A DNA stretch of 64,000 nucleotides from Lytechinus pictus (Eukaryota): contig NC_087245.1 of the NCBI RefSeq assembly GCF_037042905.1, forward strand, positions 8,062,001 to 8,126,000, read 5' to 3'. Position 1 is the stretch's first letter. The number at the start of each line of letters is the position of its first letter. The notes beneath the pieces are model-generated. The model made no database searches. It saw only the letters and a list, made by a program, of their open reading frames with translations, and was not told the origin of the DNA. The translations under genes and the position numbers were made by a program. Below, in pieces: positions 1 to 14,529 of the stretch.

Positions 1-1313
1 TCAAACATGCATGCAGCAAGAAAGACCTTGGCTCCGTTACACAAAAGTTAACGATGAATTGCAAACATGAAATAAAAGCAATGATTGGCTCCCGGTCAGT
101 ATTTTAAACAGAGTGTGCATGCAACGATGATCTTGATTGGTCATTGGTATTTAGCGATTGATTGTAAACCTTTGTGTTACCATTGGTTACGGCGCCCTGG
201 TTCATTATCATGATTATTCAAAACTCAAGCGAAGGTTGATTACAAATTATGCGGTAAAGAGAGAGGAGTTTCAGAAGATTAATCTCAATTTGAGTTTTAT
301 TCGAGATATTATTTGATAAAAATGGACAGTGAAACTACATTTATCAAGATATTTTGACATGTATATCCTACATACCTGACATATAAATTTAGATGAAATA
401 TTATACCTTTGAATTAATTGACATTTAATGCATTTGACAAGACATTTTAGATATGATAATACGACCCAGACTTGTTAAAGAATAACCCCACCTATTCTAA
501 AAACTTCAATCTTTGATGGATTTTCCTCATGCCTTTTTATTATTTTTTCTCCTATTTTTGCAATAAACTTTTTGTCAGGTTGAACTTCCTCTGCAGTTCA
601 TGTAACACTGTCGACATTGGCAAGACAATTCACCACAATGACACAGGCAAGGGACATTGGCAACTCGCGTTGACGACATGTCACTTCGACGACATATTAT
701 TCTTTATTTATTCATTTATTTATTCAGTTTTATTTAAAAACTGGGTAGTCCTTTCAGAGCCCAAAGGCCTGCTTTACAAAAGAGCCCTGTAGACATAGAA
801 AGATTTACAAAATAAATGAAATACAATTAATATAAAGTAAAATATAGTACACAATCAAAATTACATGACATCTCAATGCTATCACATTAAATGAATCAAA
901 ACTAAACTTAAAAACCTAGATTAAAATCAAAAGACGGTTTAGAAGACGAAGAAAATCATAGAAATAAAGGAAATTACTTCAAAAACATGTGACTAAAATT
1001 AAACTAAGTAAAATTAATAAATAAGTTACAAAATTGACAATTTAAAAGACAATTAAAATTATGAATATAAAATGGCATAAAGCAGATAGCATACAAGGAG
1101 AAATAAAAATGGGTAAAATGACAAAAAAAATACACAAAAGTATCACAAATACATAAAAACAAAAAGAAAAAACTTTACGATAACATCAAAACAAAAACGA
1201 AATAAATTGACCTCATGGCAAAAGACATTATAAATAGGACTAGTGTTACAACAATAAAGAGAGTGGCCTGATTTGATTTTTAAACATTTGGAGTGAAGTT
1301 GCCGTGTGTATAT

Positions 1314-1456
1314 CAGGGGCCGCGGAAGCGGGGGGGGGGGGGCTTCAGCCCCCCCACTTTTTTCCAAAACCATGTACAAAAACGCAAAAATGACCATACG
1401 ATTGTGATTTTTTGCATGGTCAGCCCCCCACTTTGAAAACCGTTCCGCGGCCCCTG
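1314..1456. mobile_element. Short MITE with CAGGGGCCGCGGAA terminal inverted repeats and a 5-bp TSD, inserted in the LINE
   Basis: CAGGGGCCGCGGAA...TTCCGCGGCCCCTG, flanked by TATAT at 1309-1313 and 1457-1461. A second copy lies at 50049-50224. Confidence 0.85.
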
Positions 1457-1948
1457 TATATGAGGCGGTAGATTATTATAGATATTTGGAGCGATGTAGG
1501 AAAGAGATCGCTTTTTAAATTCTGTCCTAGGTTTCGGAATAGATAAAGGATTTAAGGTGGAATGACGAGTAACATAAAAGAGTGGTCGTTTACAGGCAAA
1601 ATATTCTAAATAATGTGGGGCTAGATTATTAAGAATTTTGAATACGAAAAAAGAGTAGTTGTAGTTGATTCGAGTTTCAATGCTTTGCCATTGAAGATTG
1701 TTTAAAAGGATCTCCTTTGTGGTACGATAGTCTGCATTGAGGACTAATCTTGCATGTCTGTTTTGCGTCTTCTGTAATTTGAGCAAATCTTTCTTTTTAC
1801 ACTTACCCCAAACAATAAAAAACCGAACAATAATCTATATGTGGGAGAATAAGGGCATGGTAAAGGTGTTTGAGAATGCGTTGATTCAAGTAACATTTAA
1901 TCCTTCTAATGCATGCAATAGCCCGGTTGATTTTATTGGTAAGATTAA

Positions 1949-2738
1949 CCCCATCTTAACTGGGCTATTTCAGACCAGTATATACTGGGGGGGGGGGCAA
2001 TTTGACCCCCCTCAGATCTCGGCCGCTGATTGCGCGATCGCCGCAAAAAATTGCACGCGCGTAGAGCCGGATGTAAACTACCAGACCGTATGGTAAAATT
2101 TAAAAAAAAATTAATTCTTTCTATTTTTAATTAATTAACTATGCAAATAAGCGTATGAAATTTGCCCTAAATTTTGTTTTTTGTGTATGTTTTTGCCTTT
2201 AACTCAATTTATATAGCTAGTAGAATGCTAATTTTTAATTGGAGTATCAATTATTACATTTCTAACAAATATCTACCAAAAAATTGCAAAAATATAATTA
2301 ATTTCTTATGTATTTTATTGTTTTTAAAATTATTATGTATTTCTTTGTTTTTTCAGACCTTTGTTTTTTATTGTTCTTTCCAATGAACTTTGTCGGGGAC
2401 CCTTCTGTGATTATAAATAGCATAAAATAAATCAATTTAAACCAACAAAAGTAAAAATAATCATACATCTATGATTTTTGGTTGAAAAACACAATTTGCA
2501 TTGACTTTGTACACGGAATCACGTTTTTGAGCAATTTCGGGTCTGACATGCACTTACAAAATGTTGCGTAATTTCAGAACCGCGTCCCCGGGCGTCGCAA
2601 TTTTGGTCTCAAAAGATGCGTAAGACTTGAAAGTAAAAAGTCAGTGAGCGGCGCGATCAAAAAACTTTGTGCGACGGCGTAGTGATGAAATTTGTCGAGG
2701 GGGGTCAAATTGACCCCCCCCCCCCAGTTTATTAAGAG
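1949..2738. mobile_element. TTAA-target non-autonomous DNA transposon (piggyBac-like), inserted in the LINE RT region
   Basis: TTAA at 1945-1948 and 2739-2742. The element starts with CCC and has subterminal GGGGGG-CAATTTGACCCCCC palindromes at both ends. LINE coding sequence resumes on each side. Confidence 0.7.
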
Positions 2739-4504
2739 TTAAAGATGTGCGGTGTCCAACTTAGAATTTGGTCAAGGGTTACCCCTAAATATTTGATATC
2801 AGAAACATTCTCAAGGTATTCTCTTCCGTGAAAGATATTCATACTTAGATTCTTAGTAATATGTGTCGTCCTAAAAACCATCATTTTGGTTTTCTTTGCA
2901 TTGATTTCCATTATTTATTTCAAACCATTTGCACAGTAAATCATAATGTTTTTGTAATTTTTTCTGAGTGCTTTTTGAATTATTTCCTTTACAAAACAGA
3001 GCCGTGTCGTCAGCGTTAAGTGCAATCTTGATTTGATTACTAAATTTCAAGTTACAAATATCATTTAGAAATAAGCAAAATATCAATGGGCCCAAAATTG
3101 ACCCTTACGGCACACCTGAATAGATCTGTAAAAATCACTCTGCACGCCTTGAAACGAGACACATTGCTGTCTATCTGTTAGGTATGAAGAGAACCAGTGT
3201 AATTCGACCGATGTTATACCATAATATGGTATTTTTTATAACAATATTTCGTGAGATATTACGTCGAAGGCTTTTTCCAGATCAAGGAATATCGCACCTG
3301 TTATTAATCCACAATCAATATTATTTAACAGGTCGTCAGTTATTTCAATTAAACAAGTTGCGGTTGAGTGCTTGGGGCGAAAACCCGATTGGCGCTGTGA
3401 CAGCAGTTTGAATTCTTGTAGATAATCGTAAAGTTGGGCATGCACTGCCTTTTCAAGTATTTTTGATAGACATGACAACATTGAGATTGGTCTATAATTG
3501 CCGATGTCACTTGACTCACCACTCTTCGGTATTGGGATAATCTTTGCTCTTTTGGAATCACTTGGGAAGCATCCTGAGCTTAAAGATTTGTTAAATATGA
3601 TTGAAAGTGGTTCAGCTATAAAAGGGGCGGCGATTTTCAATAATCTTGGATGTAAATCATCCAGACCAACAGCTTTGTTTACATCGATTTTTCTAAGTTC
3701 CTTCATTACAAATTCCGGGTCTATATTTTTAAACTTAAATTTTGATACGACTTTTGATAATGTATTCATTGAATTAAAATTTTGATTGTCGGGAGGGTTA
3801 TGCCTTTTACCAACATTAACAAAAAAAATCGTTGAATGACTTTGCGATTGCTGTCGTGTGAGTCCCAGTATTTATATTAGGGTTGACTGAAACCTTTTTC
3901 TTGGGCAACAAATTTTTCAGTACTTTCCAAGAATGTTGTATTTTGTTTTGACATTTTTTGATTTTGTTGCGATAAAATTCCCTTTTCAACTTATCGTTTA
4001 AAATATTCACTTTATTTCGGAAATACTTATATTTTCCCCAAAGTTCATTGATTTCCTGACCTGTTTTTATTGATTTCTTCAGTTTGTCAAACTTTCTTTT
4101 ATAATAATCACGATCCCTCGATAGAGCCAGGTATTCAGTTGTAATCCAGGGAGACCCACCCAATTTCTTTCTTACTGTATTATGGGGGGCGTGTTTATAA
4201 TAATTTAAAAGCTTCAATGAAATTCCCCCAGTTGTAATCGACGTCCTCTACTGACGACAATAGATCACTCCATCGAATATTAGCATCGACAAAGTCATCC
4301 TCGACAAAGTTTCTAAACGATCTAAATGTAAATATTTCAGGCTTAGCTTTTGGTCTATTGTAACCGAGGATCAGATATACTAGGGAGAGATTGTTCCAGA
4401 TTGCTTTACACTTGTTACCATTGAACTAGAAACACAAATAATATCGATCAAGTTACTGCTACAAGGAGTTATTCTTGTAGGCTCTTGTTATAAGCTGGGT
4501 TAAT

Positions 4505-4935
4505 AAGCCTGTTCACGGTTCTAAACTGCGCACGAGCAGAAAAAGGTCATTGGAGACAACCATGAAGGTGGCTTTCAAATTAACTGACATAGGCATTTGT
4601 GATTTGATGGTTATTCATGTATTCCTTTCAAAATATTTATCACATCCAAGCTGAAGAGTAATAAATAGAGCCTTCATAATCACTGGTATTTGACAGTAGC
4701 CTAAACAATAGTCAAATGTGCCAAAGGCAGACAATAAAACAGATTTCCAAACTTTATCCCTGATGTACTATTCTAGTCACCTGGTCTATACAATGCCTTT
4801 TGTTCTTAGAATTTGAATACTCTACTGGTAAAGCTTACGCAACATCTACATTTGAAAATAATAGTGCTTATCCTAATGAAAAATCACAAAGGTCATTTGA
4901 GAAAAGTTGATCATGAGCTAACCGTGAACTGGCTT
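4505..4935. mobile_element. MITE with AAGCC(T/A)GTTCACGGTT TIRs and a 2-bp AT target duplication, inserted in the LINE endonuclease domain
   Basis: AAGCCTGTTCACGGTT...AACCGTGAACTGGCTT. Removing the element plus one AT restores the reading TFQ-LTQLIT of the endonuclease domain. Confidence 0.75.
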
Positions 4936-7303
4936 ATTGAAAGGTGGAACAGAGTTCATGGACCTTATCTGAAAGGCTATTTTTTATTAACATGTTGGAG
5001 TTAAAATCACCTAGAACAATGACATTATTTGTAAAAGAAAATACCTGATCCAAACTTCCTTCTAGGCTTTCAAAGAATGATAAAGAACAATCCGGTTTAC
5101 GATATACGACACATAGGAAAAATGGAAGTCGATATCGAATTTTCATTTCAAACCACATTATTTCTAAATCGTCTTTTTCAAAATCACGTCTTCTAACATA
5201 TTCTACATTATTTTTTATGTAACATCCAACTCCACCACCGAGGACATTACGATCCCTCCTTTCAAAACTGTAACCTGGAATGTCTAATATATTTGAGATA
5301 AATGTATCGTCAACCATTGTCTCAGACATAGTGAATAAATCGACTGAATTGTTATTCATAAAATATTCGATTTCTTCCTTTGTGTTTCGTAAACTTCTTT
5401 AAGTCGACTTCATGAGATGATCTATTTCGCAATGTCGACTTACAAAAAGGTAGATTAGTTGACATAGTCAGGTGACATGTTGATAAAATATGGTTGTCAC
5501 GATAAGAAATAGACTAGACGCTAAGTGAACTAGAACTGTAAACCTACCGCATATTCCCATTCAAATATGCACATTTCGGCAATTTTGGTTTGGTCACCAT
5601 AAACATTTTTAAAAGGCCAAAATTAATAATTTTCCAAACTGTTCAATAACATCCTGTACTTCCATCGTTTTTATTTATACCTTCCCATGATATGAACTCT
5701 GTACCTATTCCATGCTGCTATTATACTACAGCGCCTGAATTCGCCAGCACACTATTGTTAAAGACATTTCCTATTGAATTAGGCCTGGAGTCTGAAAATA
5801 TTCAAGCTCGAATCCATATAAATCACAGAGCTATTATACACTGCGAAAAAACTGTTAGGCTGTATCACCATCAATTCTAGTTTAGTCCGTTAAAATTGGA
5901 ATGAGACTGACCTGAACTGTGGTAAAATGTTCAACATCGAATCCTGTTGGTTGCCTGCAACACTGTTTCAAACATGAGTCTCAAAGGTGTTCGACTCTCA
6001 CAGATATTCATCAAGTGTTATTGTCGTCCTCAATTACATCTCTAAAGCCGGTTCAAACATCACGTACAGTATTCAAAGAGAATAGTGAAGTAGTGCAGGA
6101 ATATGGCGTCCAAAGTTGTATCGTTTAATGCATTCACTACTTCACTTACCAAATAAAATAATTTAGAGGCCACTATATGATATTTGAAGTGGGAAAATCA
6201 AATTTGTACCTGTCTGAAATGTTTGACCGTTAAAGCATCCGAGAAATCCATAAATCACAAATATCTTTTTTATGACCAAACAATAACCACTGTTACGAAA
6301 GATGAATGCCATCAAGCTTAACGAAAACGCCATAAACATGTATTATCACATTGGGTATACTGCTTATGGAACCTCAAAGTTTCGAGGTATTATGATAATT
6401 ATTTATCATATATCATTGGCATAATTATGGTGTTCATCCCATAAATAGAAAATAATAAATCCATAAATCCGTGGGTTTCAAGAAGACCCCCCCCCCGCAC
6501 CCCAATAAAAAATAATAAATGAAAAAAATAGAAAATGGCTTTGAAAAGATTGCCTTAATTAAAATGCAAATGTCTTTTCTAAGTCTTCCAACTTGCAAAC
6601 ATCTTTTGCTTTCTATTTTGGTTTTGAAATTATTTGCATAGACTTTATATTTACATTGTAAGTAATATCAGCAACCAATGTCGACAATATGCATCATGAT
6701 CTTATTTGTTTGAACTACACGTAGACTGCGCCGTCTATTCTGTATTGAATAACTGTAAATATTTGGATTCTGTATTTGCACGAACTGGAAAATATGACAT
6801 GTAATCTGTTCATTACTGTTTTTAATAGATATTTATGATGAAAGTCTGCTAGACATCGATAGAGTGAGTGCTTTGCTGAAGATATTCTTATTTCAGCTGC
6901 ATAATAGAATTATCACTGCCATTCCAATAGGGCAAAACATTGATTTAGCAGATGGGTATTGGCAGGTGGGGCACTATGGTGGACAGGGGCGACAGCCCCA
7001 ATGGTTTTTTTTAATTGGCCCTCACCACGTGAAAAAGGCAGCAAAAAGAGGGAGAAATGGGAAATGGTGATGAAAAAGGGGAGGATAAACTGAAGAAGAG
7101 TGCCAAAAGAGAGATCTGGGTCTTGTATCTTTAGGTTAATCATGTTATTGAATTGAGAACAAAACATGTCACCTTTACGTCACCTTGTCCCGTATCGAAA
7201 TAACGCGGTGCCGCACCTGCATATTGACATAGCATTGGTTGTGTGCTTGACATTGTCTACAAAAACATTGTACAAAATATGCAGTTTTATTTCCAACCCG
7301 TCG

Positions 7304-7655
7304 AATGCCAATTCGTCAACTCGTCTACTATCATTTGGTCTACCATTAGTTCGTCCACTCACCACATGGTCTACTTTCAAATGTTAGTCTAATGCAATCT
7401 AAAAACTAGTTGGTCCAATAGCCATTTAGTCCATATACCATTTGGTTCAATCGGACTAAGTGTTAAACTGTGCAAAATGAATAAAAATGAAATGGATATT
7501 AGACCAACTGGTTATGAGACGAAATGGTGATTAGACGAAGTGATGATTGGACCAAACGGTTAATGGACCAAATTGTTGAAAGGAATGGCATTATACTAAA
7601 TGAAATTAGACCATGTGGCGAGTGGACGAGTTGGCAATAGACGAATTGGCAATTT
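7304..7655. mobile_element. Foldback-type MITE with short internal repeats (GGTCTA / TAGACC motifs)
   Basis: ATGCCAATTCGTC...GACGAATTGGCAAT inverted ends. A partial relative lies near 44335-44470. Confidence 0.5.
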
Positions 7656-9089
7656 CCATTCCTACAAACCGATAAACATGATAAAAATGTATTTAAAAAT
7701 CAATATCTGTGCCTCCGACAAAATTTTGGCAAAAGGGTAAATGCATAGATATTGCTACGCAAGTCACCCATTAATCAAGAATCATTGAATTAAGAACCTC
7801 CTTCGTTATTAATTGACTCATTGAAGACACCATATTAATCTGAAGTAAGGTCGATGTTGATCAATGATCTGTATATTATCCGTTAATTATCTTTTATTTT
7901 TCAATTTACAGATTAGTGCTTAAAATTCACAAATAGGCAATTTTTTTTAATACTGAAATGAAGCCGTAAGTTTTATAATCAATCACTGATCAAACTGATA
8001 CTGACGAAGCATAATAAAGTTTGCTGAAATAATCGATTTCGAGATATCCAAAGTAATCAAAATGCTATTTTAACCCACACCCTCTCTCTCCCTCCCCCCC
8101 TCTCTCTCTCACACACACACACCCTCTCACACACACATTCGATAGTCTCATTTCCCGTCTTTATCTTTCTCCAACGCTTCTTATCATGTAGGCCTATCAT
8201 TCTCCTTTCTTCTGTAATCTTAATTTGTGATGAATCAAATTCACATCTCTTTCTAGCGCCAATGTGCAGATTACCCAATCTTGGATATCGGACGCAATTT
8301 TGTATTGACTGAATCTGAAAGCAATTCGTTTCTCTCAAGGTAGCTTATATGAAGAAAATTGTGTTATCGTTATAATGGTAAATGTAGCTTGATTCAGTAT
8401 TTAAAGAAACTTTTCTCTCCCTATAGCTGAAATTATGTAAAAAGAAAGAATAGATGTTCTTGAAAAAATACATGGCGTACGTGGTATGCAACACATTATC
8501 TGTTGGACTTTCAATGTTCGTGAATCCACTCTTTGATATAAATACATGGAAATGAAAAAATAGGCCATTTTATATCTTACATGATTGATATTATTGTACA
8601 AACGCATAAACAAAGTTTGTATTTAAATAACGTTTATTACTCAAACACTGTTGTAGATTAATATTCATTTAAGTGATTATAAACGTAATTGGATCAATGA
8701 AACAACGATAACATGAAAAACCATACAGACATTTGGAAAAACATACATTCACATACTTCATTTCTTAAAATTCATACAAATATGATGATAAACGTGCAAT
8801 CAACTAATCAACCAACGCATATTATGGAAAGAAATATACAAAGGATATTAATTGCTTATAGCAGTTATAGGCAAGCTTTTTGAACGAGGCAAATGAAATG
8901 GAGTGCTTTGCATTATCGCTGCAGTATACTCCTTCACACACACACTCACCACTGTTCCAGAAGATCTGCTCACACTCATCATGAATAAATCATGTTTATA
9001 AGTACAAAACAATTCGATGAACAATTTTGAATATAACAAGCTCACGGGAGAAGCATTACATATATCGAAAGTAAATAAAGACTTACAAA

Positions 9090-10359
9090 CTTAACCTTGT
9101 CATAATTTTACTGTTTCCCATTTTTGCAAGTGCCGCCCTAATTTCCCCATTTTAATAGCTATTTTCTTTTCTTGATCCTTATATTCTAAAATACGTTTAT
9201 GTATATCGTCAATGGTTGGTAATACCCCCTCCTTTCTAAATATAAATAATATGTATTTTACCATAAAGATAATAGTATTACAACTTTTTATTCTATTTGT
9301 ATTGCCTGACAGACCAACAAATATATCCCGCCAATTCAAGTCCTTTATTTCATCTAATTCAAATCGCTGTATCAAAGTTTCCCATATCAGTTTAACCTTT
9401 AAGCAAGACAAAAATATATGTGAATATGTTTCCGTTTCCCGTTTACAGTACGAACAGAGATTATCTTCAACAAATCCAAATCTAAACAAATTAACTTTAG
9501 TGTAAATTGCCCCACGCAGTAGTTTAAATTGAAATTATCTCTGTCTCCCATTCAATAATGTTATTCTTGGTCTAAAAAACATTCACCAAATTCTTTCTCT
9601 GTATAATTATAATTATTTCGTCCATCTCTTATCTGTAAATCATATGACTTTTGCAATTCTTTAATAAAATAATCATATATTTTTCTTGATGGTACCTCCT
9701 TAAAGCTAATTTCCCTCCCCAACAGAAGCAAGTTTATATTATAGTTAATTAAGTCTATCTCACAAAATTGTATCGAACCTAAATAATTTATCCATGCAAT
9801 CACTTGGAATTGCATGATATATTTCACCTATTGTAAAAAAATGATCACTTCCCATACCAGGGTTAAAAAAGTATGCGACTGGTTTAACATGTCCATTGTC
9901 AATGATATGTTCCACCTTAATTAACCCTCGTTCTAATAAATCTTTATCAAATATCATCTTATTTTCTATACAAATATTCTTATTGAAAATGATTGGATTT
10001 TTAGAACCATTAAAATGTCTTAAATTTTCAATCTCTTGCCAAGCATCTAGCATTTCCAAATAATACGATGGAATCTTCAACTTACTTTTTATCTTTTTCA
10101 TTTCATAATCACATAGAAAAATTAACCTTCCTCCAACTGAACTTAGGGAATAATAAAAAAATAACTTCCACCCCAGATTTCTTTCTCCATACAAAAGTCT
10201 TTTTACCCACATTATACGCTGCGTTCTAACAAAAAATATTTCAAAATTTATCATTTTAACCCCACCACAATTATAATTCTGATACATAATTTTTGTCTCG
10301 CCTGCATAGCAGAGCGAGACTATAGGCGCCGCTTTTCCGACGGCGGCGGCGGCGGCGAC

Positions 10360-10390
<31 letters not shown>

Positions 10391-13150
10391 GCGGCGGCGG
10401 CGGCGACGGCGGCGGCGGCGTCAACATCAAATCTTAACCTAAGGTTAAGTTTTTGAAATGACATCATAACTTAGAAAGTACATGGACCTAGTTCATGAAA
10501 CTTGGACATAAGGTTAATCAAGTATTACTGAACATCCTGCCTGAGTTTCAGATCACATGACCAAGGTCAAAGGTCATTTAGGGTCAATGAACTTAGACCA
10601 TGTTGGGAAAATTATTTTCAAAATCTTAACCGAAGGTTAAGTTTTTGAAATGACATCATAACTTAGAAAGTTTATGGACCTAGTTCATGAAACTTGGGCA
10701 TAAGGTCAATCAAGTATTAGTGAACATTCTGCTATAGTTTCAGGTCACGTGACCAAGGTCAAAGGTCATTTAGGGTCAATGAACTTTGGTCAAGTTGGGG
10801 GTATTTGTTGAATTACTATCATAACTTTGAAAATATATGGATCTAGTCCATGAAACTTGGACATAAGGTTAATCAAGTATTAGTGAACATCCTGCTCTAG
10901 TTTCAGGTCACATGACCAAGGTCAAAGGTCATTTAGGGTCAAATGAACTTTGGCCAAGTTGGGGGTATTTGTTGAATTACCATCATAACTTTGAAAATTT
11001 ATGGATCTAGTTCATGAAACTTGGACATTAGATTAATCAAGTACCACTGAATATCCTGTGCGAGTTTCAGGTCACATGACCATGGTCAATGGTCATTTAA
11101 GGTCAATGAACTTTGGCCGTGTTGGGGGTATTTGTTAAATTACCATCCTAACTCTGAAAGTTTATGGATCTAGTTCATAAAACTTGGACATAAGAGTAAT
11201 CAAGTATCACTGAACATCCTGTACGAGTTTCAGGTCACATGACCATGGTCAAAGGTCATTAAAGGTCAATGAACTTTGGCCATGTTGGGGGTATTTGTTG
11301 AATTACCATCCTAACTCTGAAAGTTTATGGATCTAGTTCATAAAACTTGGGATATAAGAGTAATCAAGCATCACTGAACATCCCCTGTGAGTTTCAGGTC
11401 ACAAAACCAAGTCAAAGGTCAGTTAAGGTCAATAAACTTAGGCCATGTTGGGGTAATTGTTGAAGTGCCATCATAACTTTGAAAGTTTATGGATAGAGTG
11501 AATGAAATGTGGACATGGGTGTAGTTGACAGTCTTAAGTCTCCGTTCAAATGTCATTTATGGTCAATGAACGTGGTATTATGTCATTATATGAATGATGT
11601 TTTTGTGAATGATTATTTTATAGTAGTTTTCAAAGTTAGCACTGCTGCTATATTAAATCGCGTAATGCAGGCGAGACTGCCAGAGGCGTTCCACTTGTTC
11701 TTTTAATACGATCTTTCCCTCCCCATATAAAATCAAATAATAATTTCTCGATTTCTATATACACCCATGAGGGGACAACAAGGATGGATGAAACATAATT
11801 TAATTTTGTCAATGCATATGTTTTCAATAAATGTATTCTTCCCATAATAGTGAAATCTCGTTGTTTCCACCAACCTAAATATTAATTTTTCTTTATAGTT
11901 CAGATCATCTTTTAATCTAAAATCAACTGAAAAGATAACTCCTAAAATGTTGACCTCCCTAACATATTTGCCAAATACATATACAGGGTCATTTTTCCCC
12001 ATTTTCCTTACCCATGTACATAAAGTGTCTTGTCCTTATTTACCTTTAAGCCACTGACTTTTTCAAATTCTTCAAAAATATAATGCAACCCTTTTTATTG
12101 AATCCATGTCTTTCAAATAGATTGTCATATCATCGGCATACAATACCTGTCTTATTTCATACTCCCAAAAACTTATCCCTTTAATGATTTTGTCTTTTCT
12201 TATTTCATGTGTCAGTAATTCTATTGCAATAAAAAACAAATAGGGTGACAGTGGGTCACCTTGTCTGACCCCCCTTTCTACATTAAAGTAACCGGTGGAA
12301 TACCCTCCATTCATAACACAACTACTTATATCCTTGTACAGTATTTTCACCCAAGAACAGAATGACTCTCCAAAACCAAAAAAATTGAATGCTTTCAATA
12401 AGTATTGATGAGAAACAGAGTCAAAAGCTTTTTCAAAATCTACCGCAATCAAAAATCCTTGTCCTTGCTCCAAGTAATGTCTAGAGTAAAATAATATTTC
12501 CTCTATTAGTCGAACTGCTTCCCCAATATTTCTGTATCCCGCCTGATCATAATGAATTATTTCGTTTAAAACCTGTTTGATCCTTGTTGCCAAAACCTTA
12601 GATAATATTTTGTAATCTACATTTAATAACGTAATGGGTGACAATGGGTCTGTAATTTTTAATATATAACGCATATTTTCCTTCCTTCTCTATCAATGTG
12701 ATAGTTCCTTGTTTTTGAGAAACTGTTAATTCCCCTCTGTGTATCATAAAATTCTACGGTGAAACCATCATTTCCAGGTGACTTATTCCATTTCATTTCT
12801 TTTAACACCTTAAAACATTCTTCTTTTGTTATTTTACCTTCACATAATTCTCTGTTCTGTTCACTTAACTTTAAGACATCGTTAGAAAATAAACTTTTAT
12901 TATAACAGCTTTCATTTTTCAAAGAAAATCTTTATTTCTTTTAAAATATTATTTTTGTCCCTAATAATTTCTCCATTTTCATTGACTAATTCTTTAATAA
13001 CACTTTTCCTCTTATTTATTTTTAACAGTTGTTCGAAATACTTAATATTATTTTCCCCCTCCTCAAACCAATCTGCTCTAGAGCGAACTTTAATGCCTTG
13101 CCGAGAAAAATTATATAATTAATTTAACTTATCTTTTTCCAATTTAATGT
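9090..13150 (-). mobile_element. Decayed L1/Tx1-clade LINE, 5'-truncated ORF2
   Basis: RSRADWFEEGE near 13050-13090. KSPGNDGFTVEFY in ORF 12659-12922. PITLLNVDYKILSK, DFEKAFDSV, RGVRQGDPLSPYLF and YADD in ORF 12072-12674. C-terminal zinc knuckle CSYC...ETYSHIFLSC in ORF 9100-9489. Confidence 0.92.
10292..11697 (+). mobile_element. Helentron-type non-autonomous element (HINE/DINE-1-like) inserted into the L1 ORF2
   Basis: The insertion sits in a T run. It has a 5' subTIR GTCTCGCCTGCAT (10295-10307), an adjacent IR GCAGAGCGAGAC, a (GGC/GAC)n microsatellite at about 10340-10420, about six copies of a ~180-bp tandem unit, a 3' subTIR ATGCAGGCGAGAC (11665-11677) and a small GCCAGAGGC hairpin. Confidence 0.8.
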
Positions 13151-14529
13151 TATCAATCACTGATCACATACAATCACTTACAATCACGCACACACAACGT
13201 ACACACGCACAAACAAATACATGTTTGTGTTTTTTTATGTTAATTTTCATTGTAATACTGATTGGAGATATATCGATTATTCTCACAAGGCCTCTGTGCT
13301 TTTCTTCTCAAGTCCTCTTTCACTCAATTATAATATTTAATCAAGGCAATATTTTGTTTATTTATAATATGTTTTACTCTGTATTATTTTATGCATTTCT
13401 AATTTGTTTGCATTGTACATATGTTTTTTAACCTATTTGAATTTGAATGAATAAAGAATTGAAGTGTATTGAATTGATGAAGAAGTGGCGTATAGTTTCC
13501 CTAGTATCGAATGCATATTGCATTTAAAACTCTATATAGATTTCTTCTATTTCTTTGTGGGCAGCCATTAATAATGTAAACAAAACTGACTTTGACTGAT
13601 AATTATTTTCGTTCTTACGAATATTAATTTCTTGAATGGTTCCACCACAAAACATTTATTTTCATGAGAAAATATCATTTTGAATCAAAATTTGCTTAAA
13701 GCCTCTGCCACCCATAAATCGTCAGTCAGAAAATAAATAAATAACAATACATGAGAATACTAAAAACAACCTAAATTGTAAAAAGAAAAAAAAAAGAATC
13801 TCGACATAGGTCTAAAGAGTTAGATGTGTGATGTCAATTTTTGTATACACTAGACAATGAGCTTTGCTACTGTATTCATCCTGATGGAAGAATTTTTTAT
13901 CACAATATAAATTGCTTAGAGAGATTAATCCATGTGTCAATTAAAGGATACACATATGCACGAAAGAAGTCATTCACTGTGAGTACGAACCTCAAAGTGA
14001 ATGGTTCTAAAGCTATCGACTTAGGCCTACATGTATTTTGACACCTTTGCGATTAAGTTCCATGAATGCAAACTATGGCATCTCGGGAAAATAAAGTCAT
14101 GAGAAACGTCCTTTTCGTCACAATCACACATAATTATATCAACCGTTTTACTCAGATTCTATAAGAGTTGTAGGCTTCATCGAAGCAACGTCGTAGATGG
14201 CGTAGTTGCTGATGCCGCACAGGATACCTTATTATTCAGTTTCCTGTATCAGTGCAGGTCGACCGGTGAATGAACATTATTATTCGTATTTGTAAGTACA
14301 ATATCCATTTTAATTTATGTTTTTTAACTTTACTAATATATTTTATGGAATATCAGTCATACAATATCAGAATAACAATTACAATTAACATCATGTTTTG
14401 TATCTATATTTCATTTGTCTGTGCCATCATATGCAGTGCCGTATGTAAGACGATATACCTTTTTTTAACAAGTCCACACCTAGTTTCCAACAATGCATAA
14501 AGCATTTAAAAGCATTTCCATTTATTTTA

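Larger units (their letters stand above)
700..5400 (-). mobile_element. Decayed CR1/L2-clade LINE (endonuclease + reverse transcriptase ORF2 fragments, 3' UTR and (ATTT)n tail), split by three nested insertions
   Basis: ORF 4934-5359 carries APE motifs (SET, GGGVGCYIK, VVYRKP, GDFN). ORF 3236-3769 carries RT motifs (NYRPISMLSCLSKILEK, QSGFRPKHST, FLDLEKAFD). ORF 2871-3095 has GPLIF...ADDT. ORF 1313-1786 is a typical C-terminus (QNRHARLV, KRSLSY...YNNLP). Frameshifts and stops are present. Boundaries are approximate. Confidence 0.9.

Noticed and set aside
9760..10467. 235-aa ORF with a poly-alanine tract
   Set aside because: It is a chance fusion of the Helentron-type microsatellite (GCC)n with a decayed L1 ORF2 fragment.
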